Shown here: piece by piece, positions 11,895 to 23,075 of the stretch
Layout: the number at the start of each line of letters is the position of its first letter
Position numbering within the stretch: position 1 is the stretch's first letter
Assembly: GCA_958009085.1 (NCBI GenBank)
Contig: OY253682.1
Coordinates: forward strand, 1-64,000
Direction: 5' to 3'
Origin: Protoeuglena noctilucae
Lineage: Eukaryota
Length of the DNA stretch: 64,000 bases
The notes under the pieces: model-generated
Database searches by the model: none
What the model saw: only the letters and a program-made list of their open reading frames with translations
Told to the model about the DNA's origin: nothing
Translations under genes and position numbers: made by a program

Positions 11895-14651
11895 ATGGGG
11901 GACGTCGACGTCTCGGCTCGCGGTCGCGTCATGGCCATGGCCATGGCCGCTGCCGAGCTGCGGAAGGCCGGCTTCCAGCACGCGAGCGTGGCGGTGAGCG
12001 TCGCCGCGTGCCTCGTGAGAGGGGCAGGCGCCGACCCCGCCACTGGTTGGCGACCTCTGACGGGACCTCATCACTGCGCACGCAGCTGGGGCATCTGCTG
12101 CAGATGGACAAGGAGCTCGTGGACATGGCTGCCCAGCTCGAGGAGGACCGACCGGACCAGAAAGGCGGAGAGGGTGCCACACCCACCAAGGGAGGTCCCC
12201 AGGTGAGCCTCGGGAGCATGCCAGCCGTGCCCCCGTCTGCACTGCCAGGGAGGAGCCCACGCCTGACCTCTACCCTGTGGCCCATGCCTCGCAGCCCCCC
12301 CCTCCGTCCGTGGAGGACAGCCACGAGAGCCTCTACACCCTTGACATGCCGCCTGCACGGAGACGTTCCCTCGGGCAGGTGGGGTCGACAACTTGCGCAG
12401 CCTGATCGCTTTGTGTGGGTTGATTTCCTGAGATAGACAGCAAGAGACAGTCGTACCCCGTCCCTGTCCCGCAGCCAGTAGCCCCGTTGGACTTTGCCTG
12501 GTCTCAAGTGGACGAGGCGGTGTCGAGCGCCCTGGAGTCCCGGGGCCAGGACGAGGCGCAGCGCGTGGAGCGCTGGCACCGCGAGGACATGGCCCGCACG
12601 GGCGTTACCAAGGAGCAGTACGAGCGGCAGGTCATCCGCTTCATTCGCCGAAACGAGGCCGCCAAGCGCATCCAGCGCGCCGTGCGCCATGATTGCCCGC
12701 CGCAACGGCAAGAGGGCGCGGCTCGAGCGCTACGTCAGCACCCTCGTGCGGCAGGCTGAGGAGGGCGTGCTGGCTCAGAGCGTTCTGCTGGCTGAAGAGG
12801 ATGCCAGGAGGCGCGAGGCCGAGGACAAGCAGCGGCAAGAGCGCGTGCGAGCGCGGCAGAAGGGGGCAGAGATGCGCCGCGATATCCTCGCCCGGCGGGC
12901 GCAGAGCCAGGTGCGTTTGGCGTGCGAGAGCCAGAGCTTGTCTCAGGCCACGCCTCTTGTCTCAGCCACGCCTGACAAAGGCTGCAGTAAGGCCTTACCA
13001 TGCAAGACCCCCTCGCCTGCAGGCCGCACCCGCCACGTCCGATGGCAGCCAGGACTGCGCTTCCCTGCCGTCTCCGCGTCCCCTGCGTGAGATCCGGCGC
13101 GCCCCCTTCCGCTCCACAGCCATCGTCCCCGGCCCGATGGCTGGCCTCACCACGGAGACCCAGGATGCATCGAGCCCCAGCTCGGTGCCGTCACCCGGCG
13201 CGTCACGGCGGGTCCTGGCCCCGGTGTCCTCGTCAGGGGTGCAGGATGCAGGCGAGGGTCGAACCGCATCGCATGCGTGGGCGAGGCCGGCCAGGCCAGG
13301 CCTTGAACTCACACTCTCCCCACCCGCCCTGCCCCCAGCACTCTCTCCTCGGAGTCTTAGGAACCTCGGAATGGTGTCCATCTCTCTCGACGGCTCCCCC
13401 GCTGTCCTGGCAGGCCGAGCCTCCCACAGCCCGAGCCAGGCGTCCCCCTCGCGCCCCGCCCCTCCTCGCCTGTCGGTGGACGGGGGCCCGTCCCTGGGCG
13501 CCGTCCGGAATGCAAGGTCGTTCCAGCGGATGCGCTCCGACGCCGGGTCCGAGCGGGCGGCCGCGGTGGACGGCACGGGGGGACGCAGCGCAGCCTTCAC
13601 GGACCGGTCCCCCAGCGTGGTGGTGGCGCGCGGCAGCGTCACGTGCGTGCGGACCTCGGACGGCGGGTCCCCCAACGCTCGGACGCCGTCCTTGAGCGGC
13701 AGCCAGGGAAGTGCCTCCAGCAGGTCGGGGCGCCGCGTCGGGGAGCGCTCGCGGCTGGCGGCCGGGTCGCGCCAGGCATCGGGGGCGAGGCAGGCGGCGG
13801 ACCCGGAGGCGGAGGCGCTTGCGGAGGCGGAGGCGGAGGCGGCCGAGGGCGAGGAGGGGGCCGGGTCCGTGGCCCCGACCCTGTCGCTGCTGCCGGCCAT
13901 CTCCCGGCGGTCCTCCCTCGTGCCCCGCCGCACCATCCTCGGCATGGACGGGTCGGAGGTCTCACCCAGCCAGCGGGCGTCGCAGGCGGGCACCCCGGAG
14001 GGCAGCCCCCGCCGCCGGCAGGTCCAGTCGGAGGTGCCCAACGGCGCCCAGGCCCTGGAGCCCGTGCCGGGGTCAGTGCGTACGAACGTGGATCCGCGCC
14101 TGAACGCCTTCCTGCCCCGGGCCGGGGCGGGCGGCGTGCACCGGGAGCTGCAGAAGGAGCGCGCGGCCATGATGGCGTCGCTCCGGGCGGCGCTGGAGGA
14201 GCACCGGGGGGGCTGGATGGGCCTGGCCAGGCGGCGGGGTGGGGAGGGGGACGAGGAGGGCGAGGAGCCGGGAGAGGGCGTCCCCGACGGCGTGCAGGGT
14301 GCTGGTGAGCCGGGGCGGAAGGGACCCGACGCCGACGCCGAGGCTGAGGCTGAGGCTGAGGCCATGCCGCGTCGGGCACGGTCGTGGCGGGCCGTCCTCC
14401 GCCTTCGCGCGCGGGAGGGGGAGCCGCCCAAGGACGACGACCCTGTCGCGGCGGAGGTGACGCCCCTCGCGGACGCCGTGGCGGAGGAGGCGGGCCCCTA
14501 CGACCGGTACGACCGGTACAGCTCGGCGAACCTCCTCCAGCGCATGCGGTCGTGGAAGGACGGCATGGTCCAGGCATCGGCCGTCATTGGCCAGGGAATG
14601 GCGCTGCTAAACCCCCGTCGGCGAGTACACGGACAGTCCGTGGCCGTGTGA
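11895..14651 (+). CDS. IQ-motif/coiled-coil protein with a long Ser/Pro/Arg-rich tail; apparent frameshift at about 12687
   Basis: Approximate exons 11895-11993, 12086-12202, 12295-12378, 12475-12910 and 13023-14651 with GT-AG ends. The IQ motif AAKRIQRAVR/AMIARR is split across two frames. Confidence 0.6.
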
Positions 14652-14880
14652 TGGTGGGATGTGACAAGTCCAAGTAGCAGTCGTGTACTTGTTCACTCCA
14701 TAACATTGTAACTGCACCACTGTGGCCACCCTCTTGCGCGCATGCTGCCGATCGCCCTGTTTTCCCGCTGTGTGCCATGACCTGTCACTGCATGGCGTGC
14801 GCCGTACCTTGCGTTGTGATCCTGGTCCGTTGTTTCGTGCACGTGCTTGCCTGCTGTCCCCGGTTCAACCTCGTCTCTGG

Positions 14881-15890
14881 TCACCCCGGCGCCTGTTCTA
14901 GCGGCCCCTGCGACGCCGCCTCCCTCCCCCGCTGGGTCGCCTCCAGCAGCCCCGCCGAGACGGCCATCACCGCCAAAGCGCCAGGGTCCTGCAGCAGAGA
15001 CGAACACGCAGACGAACCTCACGGGCCCTGCGAGGAGCGTTCCCTCCGCGCGTGGTCGCGACTCACCCTCTTGGTAGTGCGCAGGTGCGGACTTGGAACC
15101 GAGATGTTCCCCGTCTCTGTTGATGGGGCCGAGGCCTCGCCGGTGCCGGCGGATGCGGGGACCTGCGTGCAGGTGATCTTTTGAGATGACAGCAGGGGTG
15201 GCTCGGGAGGCTTGCCTTGGAGACATGTTTGTGCTGACAATGGCTGCCTGTTCTCATCCCATGGCTCGCCTGCTGCCGGAGGGAGGAGGAGCGCGACAGG
15301 CGGCCGAGGAGGATGCCCAGCAGGAAGAGGAGGGCGCAAGAGCTGGCTACCCACGCCATGGGAGGCACCACGGGGGCGTCGAGACGTGCGCCACCCGCGC
15401 CCTGTGCCGTGCCCAGGCAGGAGGCGGGCGCCAGGTCGGGGACGGGTGGTAGGCGTCTGTCGGGCACAGAGGTGCCGCTGCAGCCGGCGGGCAACAGGAT
15501 GTCGACGCGAGCGGCCGAGACACCGTCGCCCATGACCAGGGGCGCGGGGCCCGGGCAGTTCTCGGGGTCCCTGCTGCGGCTCTCATGCCATGAGCGTGCA
15601 GGTGACACGTGGACCAGGACGGCCGAGGGCTGGTTTTTGGGGGGCGAGAGGAAGGCGACGAAGCTGCAGGTCGTGTACGCCTCCCGATCAGGCGATGAAT
15701 CCGGCGGAACGCAGGGAGTCTGGAAGCGGTCGCCGTCAGCTGCCAGCTCAAGCTCCACGAGGAGCCCTCCCGTAATCGGCACAGCTTCCTCGAGCCTTAC
15801 AGTACTGCGATAGGTGAAATGCGCATGCTGAGGCGTGCAGGGACGCGCACCGCCGCTCCCGCGCGCCGCTCTCACCCATGCACAAGCCAT
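14881..15890 (-). CDS. Hypothetical single-pass membrane protein (start uncertain)
   Basis: Cys-containing domain, then TM helix WVASSCALLFLLGILLG followed by basic residues. Two further exons lead to a stop at 14881. Confidence 0.5.
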
Positions 15891-16135
15891 CTATCATCGA
15901 TCTGCATGTTCCCCTGATCCAGAGCGCGTCAGCTATGTGGCATTGACCCTTTGAAAATAGCCAATCGCGGTCAGCAAAGAAGGCTGAGATCCCCGCAAGG
16001 TCCTGGACGCGCTCGCGCGCTGCAGGAAACAAGTGCTGGAGGCCGCGACGGACTCCTGAGCCGACGCGATGAGCGATACGGACGTCAGAAGACTACAAAT
16101 TCAAACGTTGCCAGCTATCCACACCGCGCCAGCCC

Positions 16136-17834
16136 TCAAAGGTCGTCGTAGTAGTCCGCCGGGAGCTGGAAGTCCTTCCCGTCCCAGGCCGGCACGGTGC
16201 TGAAGGGCTTGATGTCGCCGCTGATGGGCGTCAGTCCCGCCTTGCCCCGCGTGAGCTGGCCCACGAAGTCACCAACGATCTTCGCGTCCAGCGCCCCGTA
16301 GAAAACCGAGTACGCCTTCTTGCCCGGCGCAATGCCGAGGACGCCCGCCCCCTCCATGTTCATCTGGCTCTCGACGGCACTGGGGCGGAGGGGCAACGCA
16401 CACGGTCGCATGCAGCCACATGCACACTCCCCCAGCCCCGCGTCCCGCCCCTGGCCACGCACCTGTGATCGCCCGCCTGTGCCCAGAAGTAGGCGATGTC
16501 CCAGGCGACGAAGCGCTTGGCGACCTCGCCGAGGCTCTCCAGGGCCATGTTGCGCGCCATTGCGGACGAGTTGTAGATCTGCGGCAGGAAGGCCACCACG
16601 CACAGCAGGCGCGGGCTGTTGCCGGCCCCCTCCCCCAGGCACTCCCTGGCAAAGACGTCCTGGCTGGTGATCTCGTGGACCTTGGGCGGCAGGATGTAGT
16701 CGGCGGCCTGCGTCAGGACCCACTCCGTCATGGCCGAGGCCGACCGCTCCCCCTTGTACTCCTTGGGGCGGTCCTTGTTCTTCAGGAAGAGCTTGAGCGT
16801 CGGGAAGCCCTGGATGCCCTGGTCCCCGCAGACTGCAGGGGTAAGGGAGCAGGGTCACGTCGAGTCTCGCATGACGGCTGCCGGGCCAGGTTTATGCAAA
16901 GCAGACCCTCTCCGCAATGCATCCCCGCACCTGATTTGTTGGCCTCGCAGTCGACGGCCGCCACCTTGACGCGGCCCCCCACGCCCCTGGCCGTCATCTC
17001 GTAGTCGCTCTTCAGGTTCTTGCAGTGCGGGCACCACGGGGCGTAGAACTCCACGAAGTAGGGCTCGTCCGACTCGAGCATGTCCTCGAAGCCACGCTCG
17101 TCCAGGTTGACGACGCCGGAGGAGGAGGGGTAGAAGTCTGTGGGGGCAGAGAAGCCATGGCACATGTACAAAGGCAGCCTGTCGCCCGTTCCACGCCCTC
17201 GTCCGCACCCTGTCCCTCACCCGTGTCCCCGCTGCCGCCACCGCCGGCGCTCCCGCCCGCCCCCGACCCGCCCGACGACCCCTGCGCCTTGGCCCCGATC
17301 CGGGCCAGGGCAGCCGACTTGGCCTTCCCCATCGTCCAGTCGATGATGGCTGACGCCGTGCGCTCCCCGCTGTACCCCGCCAACCGCAGGCGCCCCTAAC
17401 TGCGGCCATGGCAAGGGCGCTGTTGTCACCCCCGCACGGTGCCAAGCACCCCGAGCTCGTCCCGTCTCCATGTCTCGCCTGTCCACGAAGTAGAATTTGA
17501 TCGTGGGGAACCCCTGCACCCCGGCGTCGGCCGCAACGGCCTTGTGCTTGTCGGCATCCACGGCAGCGACGCCCACGACGCCCCGCAGCGCCGTCGCCAC
17601 CTTATCATACTCGGGCGCCAGGGCCTTGCAGTGCCCGCACCAGGGCGCGTAAAACTCGACCAGCCACATGCGGCCCTCGTCGTCCTTGCCCACCGTCGAC
17701 CGAAACTCCTTCTCGCTCATGACGCGCACGTCCGACGACGAGCTGTACAGAGCGGCGCATCCGTGCGGCATCGCCGATAGCAGCAGGGCCAGGGCCGCTG
17801 CCAGCACGCCGAGGATCCGCATCGTGCAAGCCAT
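16136..17834 (-). CDS. Protein disulfide isomerase, P5/PDIA6 (a-a-b) type
   Basis: Signal peptide, two thioredoxin domains ([11 protein letters not shown] and [11 protein letters not shown]) each followed by GFPT, a P5-like C-terminal domain ending WDGKD, and an ER-retention-like C-terminus YDDL. Confidence 0.92.
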
Positions 17835-18359
17835 GGCACGAGATCCAGCCAGGGGCGCGGCGATGGACGCGCAGGGGACGCAGGTCCTGCTGCTCCTGGC
17901 CAAAGCGCCGCTGAGCTTTTGACAGATGAGAGCGCGGCGGGATTTGATGCGCCCGATGCCCGAAACTCGGCTGGCTTCTAGATACACACGCAACAGCAAG
18001 CAAGGCGGGACGGCAATGCCGCCAAGTCCTGAGGTCGTGTTGCGGAGGTAGTCGCACGCAAGTGCCACGCATGTGCTGTCGCCTATCAGCTCGTCTTCGG
18101 GGGGGCATCGCCAGCGACGTCAGACGCCAGCCCCCTGTGCCCGACGACCGCGCGATGCTTCACCCTTTGTGGCTCGTGCGCAGTCTCATTGGTACCTGAC
18201 AACTAGCTGTGGCAATCAAGCTGCTGATCCACGCTGCTAGCGCATTTTTGCAAAGGTAATTCCTTATGACCATGTGTTGCGCACGCTGTTGACCCAGGCG
18301 TGACCCGCGTCGCATTCACCTGACTCACGAGACAAGCATAGACTAGTTGGCGAGGCAAG

Positions 18360-21300
18360 ATGAGCTTGTTTCAGACCAAGCGCTGGTGGGGCTTCAATGT
18401 GGAGGGGGAGGACGAGCTGGACCAGGATTGCCTGATTCATGGCGACCTGAGCAACACGGGACAGCTTCAAGTGTCGATGGGCACCTTCAACGGGCGGTTG
18501 ATGGTCTTCAAGCCCGCCGCGGGGGACTATCAGGTGCTGGCATGCAACTGTCCCCGCGACCGCGCCCCTCTGCACCATCCCGGCCCGCCCCGCCTGACGT
18601 TGACGCCTGATTTCATATTTGAACCGTGCAAGGCATGAGCGGAGCACCCACGTGCCCATGCGGCCCCGGAACCCACCCCATTTCCGCACGTTGCCTTTGC
18701 AGCCCGACCACCTCCTCATTGAGCAGAACCTCGGCGCCCCGGTGCTCGGGATGCGCGTCGGTCATTTTCTCGCTGCGGGTGTGAACAGCATCGCGGTGCT
18801 GCACCCCTCCTGCCTCGCCTACTACGAGCTGGCCACGCAGGCGGGCGCCTCGTCCCTCATCAAGGCCCACGAGCACGGCCTCGACCACACGGCAGCGTCG
18901 CTAGGTGAGGGCGCGCGCAGCAAAGGCTGCCGGCTTGCACGGAAGGGCCGCCAGACCCCACGGACGCCTCCCAGCCTATCCATGCGGTGAGCGCATTGAT
19001 GCAGGACTCCCCGACCCCTCATGAAACGCGCTCCCCGCAGAGTCGGGGTTCTTCGGCGGCGAGGCGGGCGTGGAGAAGGTGGTGGTTCAGACGATGGACG
19101 GCCAGCTGGTGTTCTTCCAGGGCAAGCGCCGCCTCTTCCACCGCTACCTCAAGTCCTTCCTGGTCCCCGGCCCCCTGCGGTACCTGCCCCCATTGGACGC
19201 CTTCGCCACGGCCTCCTCGGCCTTCTCCGTCGAGCTCTACACCTACCAGGGCCTGGGCGAGGCCACGTCGGGGGAGTCCAAGGGGGCCAGGGACGCAGAG
19301 GCACAGGGGGCGGCCGCGCCTGAGCAGGGGCAGGGGCAGGCGGGCACGCGGGGGAAGGACGTGGCGCCGCGGTGGGCGTGGACGGCGGGGGAGGGCATCG
19401 TGGCCATCAAGGTGGGGGAGGGGCAGGCGGGTGGTGTCGCTGTCAGCCAAGGCGTGGGGTGGGCCGTCCTGCCAAAGGGGCAGGCAGGCGGTGTCGCCGT
19501 GTTGGCCATCCTGCAAATGGCGTTGACGCACGAGTCCCTTGTTGCTCTCTCGTATCTCCGCTGCCCCCCCTCTCTCCCCCGCAGTGGGCACCGGCGGTGG
19601 CTTCGGCCGCGGACCGCGACGACGGGGGCGTGGCGGACGCGATTGTGCTGGGGGAGCGTCACCTGTTCGTGCTGACGTCGACGGGCCAGTGCCGCACGCA
19701 GATCAAGCTGGACTACCACCCGACCGCGCTGGCCGTGGTGCAGACGCCCGCCCCCATCACGGGCGTCAACTACCAGGTCCTGGTCGCCACCCACACGGGC
19801 AGCCTCATGGTCTACCGGGGATCGCGGCTGGTCTGGGGGGCCAAGTCGGACATGGTCCCCGTGGCGCTCTCCACAGGCGCCTTTGGGGGCACGGACGGCA
19901 TGATCCTGGCCGCGGACGACCGGGGGCGGCTGGCGGTGCTGTACATGGGCACCGACCCGCCCCTCAACGTGGTGCAGGTGGTGGAGAGCAAGGACCTGGA
20001 CTTCGAGGCCATGGACCGGGAGCACCAGGAGCTCCTGGCGCAGATCCGCGACCACACCGCGGGGGAGGGGCGGGGGGCGGTGGCCGAGCGGCTGCTCCTC
20101 CGCACCCACGTGCCCGTGGCGTGCGACGCCGAGGACCGGCACATGCACCTCAGCGATCCCCTCGGCGGCGGCGGGAGGGAGGGGCGCGGGGCCGAGCCGC
20201 GCACCGTGACAGTGACGGTTCACGTGTCGTACGAAGGGCGGGCGCCCGTGCGGGACGTGGCGGTGCGGGTGGCGTGCCCGCCCACCGTGGCCTGCTCGCC
20301 CACGGAGGAGCGCATCGCGGAGATGCGCCCCGGCCGCGGCACCCCCGTCACGCTGCGCCTGCGCTTCACGCACACGGGCGCCGCCGTGCCCCCCACCAGC
20401 GCCGTGACGGTGTCGGCCACCTACGAGACGAGCAAGGGCGAGCCCCGCGCGGTGTTCGCGTCCTTCCGCCTCCCCCTGGCGCTCTTCGCGGAGCTGGTCC
20501 CTCCCATCAAGGAGTCGGCGTACAAGCTGGTCCTGGACACGAACCGGGCGCCCCCGCAGCTGACGGCGCTGTTCGACGACATGGTGGCGCAGAGCGCGAG
20601 CCTCACGTCCACGGCCAGCGCCAACGTGCTCAGCGTGCGGTACGCGTGCGGGGCGGACGCGACGGTCGTGGTGTCGCGCACGGGGGGGCGCTTCCGGGTG
20701 CAGTCGGACCGCTTCCACGCCATGTGGCTGCTGACGGAGGAGCTCTGCCTGCGACTGCACGCGCTGTTCCGGGGGGCGGGGGCTGCCGAGGGGGAGGAGC
20801 CCTTCCGCATCGACTTCCAGGAGCCGCTGCCCCTGGGGGACCTCTTTGAGCTCATGGACCAGCACTTGGAGGTGAGGGGGGAAAGGGAGAGAGGCATGCG
20901 CAGGTGCAGCACACACTGTCCCCCATCCCCACCCACACCCCCGGCGGGCAACCGGCATAGTATGCGCTCTCATCCCCACCACCCACCCGCAGGCCCGCCT
21001 GGCCCAGTCCCAGCTGTTGCAGCAGTTGGAGCGCCGCGCCACGCAGTTCCGCGCCGTGCAGAAGCGGCTGCTGGTGCGCTTCAAGGACCGCAACCCCGAG
21101 CCCCTCAAGCACCTGGACGACCTGCTGCACTCGACGTACCGGCACCTGGTGGAGCTGGGGAAGCGGGCGCAGGAGCTGACGGACGCCATACGCGCCAGGC
21201 GGTGGGAGATGGGGGCGGCCCTGCGGCTGATTGCGCTGCTGGCGCGGCTGCAGCACCGCCTGGGGGACGCGGAGGGGGAGGCGCTCGAGGCGTTCATCAG

Positions 21301-21717
21301 CCCCGAGGCGTTGGATGCCAGGGAGACGAGCTGGGAGCAGGTGAGGGGGGTGGCAAAAGTGAGGGAGGGAAAGAGGGAGACGATCTGGGAGCAGGTGAGG
21401 GGGTGGTGGGGAGGGGAAGAGGGAGACGAGGTGGGAGCAGATGGGAGGGGAAAGGGGGAATCCACGGGTTGTCACGCCGCACAGCCACCACATCATGCCT
21501 CAGTGTCGCGTGCACGCCCACCTCTGTGCGTCCTCGTCACCCCGCACCGCAGGTGACCCAGGCGACGATGAAGTGGGCGCTGTCCAAGCAGGAGGGGGGC
21601 GCCGCGCTCAGCAGCGGTGTGCTGCAGGCGGTGGAGGACACGGCGGAGCTCAAATCCCTCGTCTCCGCATTCATCGAGAAGGTGGGAGGGGGGGCGACGT
21701 TCCTCAAGGAACTGTGA
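18360..21717 (+). CDS. BBS9: Bardet-Biedl syndrome 9 / PTHB1 BBSome subunit
   Basis: N-terminus MSLFQTKRWW...DQDCL, then VQTMDGQLVFF, VLGERHLFVL, YMGTDPP, RFRVQSD and QFRAVQKRLLVRFKDRNPEPL, all typical of PTHB1. Confidence 0.95.
21321..21450 (+). repeat. Three tandem copies of the BBS9 exon-end/5' splice site
   Basis: gggagacgagctgggagcag|gtgagggg at 21321, gggagacgatctgggagcaggtgagggg at 21375 and gggagacgaggtgggagcagatggg at 21421. Confidence 0.9.
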
Positions 21718-21900
21718 GGGACGCGACACGCTGACTGATGCCCTGCTGCCTGCCAGTCGTCTATCAGATCCGCTCTCGTTTGAACGCGTTGCTTCCAACA
21801 GCGTTACTAGGACAGGCATGCTAGGGTGGGTGCTACCCCAGCCAGTGTCTCAAGTGATCCGCGCGTATGACCAGACCGGTTGCACCAAACGCGCCCCCCG

Positions 21901-22772
21901 TCACCACACCTGGGGAGGAAGCCAGGGGCGGTGACGAGTCAGACCTGGCATTGCTTAGCGTAGAATGAAGCAAAAGCCAGCTGCTTGCCAGTCCTCCCGG
22001 GGGCAGCCATGGGCCACGCATGCGTGTTGAGGGACTGCCACTCACCCGCCACGGCCACGCCCACCGCCACGCCGGCCAGCACGTCGCCGACGTAGTGCCG
22101 GCGGTGCAGCACACGCGCCAGGCACGCGGCGGCCGCCCACGCCCCCAGGGCCAGGCGGGGCCCTGCGCCCGACAGCTCCGGGCGCGTGCTGGCCACCAGA
22201 GCCACCATGACCGCCCTGGGGGGACAGCGGGGGTTGCGACTGCTGAAGCAACATAGTCAACGCGATGCCGGTGCCTTTCACATGCCCCTGCCTCGCGTCT
22301 TCGCACCGTGAGGCGTGGCCGGATGGGAAGGAGTAGCGGTCCACGTCCGCCACCACCACGTAGCCCTTGAGGTCGCCGTAGGGAGGGGGCGTCCTCTTCA
22401 CGAGGGACTTGATGACCCCGACGACGGCGATGTCCAGGATGAGGCCCAGGAGCAGATTGGCTGCCCACGCGCGCTGGGTCAATGGCAGGAGCGCCAGCAG
22501 CAGCAGGGCCGCTGCAGGCGCACGGGGCGGGCGGTAAACGCTTAGAGGCACGCGAGATGCAACCGGCTGATGACATGCCTAGGCTGCGGCCGGCATTCAC
22601 CGGGGAACCACAGCAGGCCGTTGCCGCCATGCTCAAAGAGCATCACCGCCCAGTGGGGCACGCGGGACCCGAGCGTGACACCGACCCAATGCGACACGCG
22701 CAAATCCCACTCATCCAGCGTGCCTTGAGCGCGGGATGGGCCGCCGGCTCGCTTCCCGACGCCGGGGCCCAT
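21901..22772 (-). CDS. PAP2-family lipid phosphate phosphatase (PLPP6/7-like)
   Basis: Motifs KSLVKRTPP, VDRYSFPSGHASR and ARVLHRRHYVGDVLAG, plus hydrophobic helices. Start uncertain. Confidence 0.85.
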
Positions 22773-23075
22773 CACGCTCCTGCGCCGATGCCCTCCTCCG
22801 CCCCGGCGTTGGGCCCACAAGCAATGCGGGAATCTAGCGGCGGACAAGCGCCTCGGCCGTCCGCGTTCAGGACAAGAAATAACCCGCAGTCAGGCTGTGC
22901 TGCACACACAGGGTCGGAAACATCGCCGAGGCCGCCCGCCTTGACCCCCCCGCGCGCGATTTCGTCTCACAATGATAACATCGCGAGGCACTGCGCGTGC
23001 GAGATCGTTGCGTGTAGAGACTCGGGCGTTTGGCTTTGGGTGGAAAGGTGTCAAGTGGTGTTCTTGTTCTCGGCA

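Noticed and set aside
19243..21465. 740-aa minus-strand ORF and many similar long antisense or alternate-frame ORFs
   Set aside because: These are shadow ORFs caused by extreme GC3 bias, here opposite BBS9.
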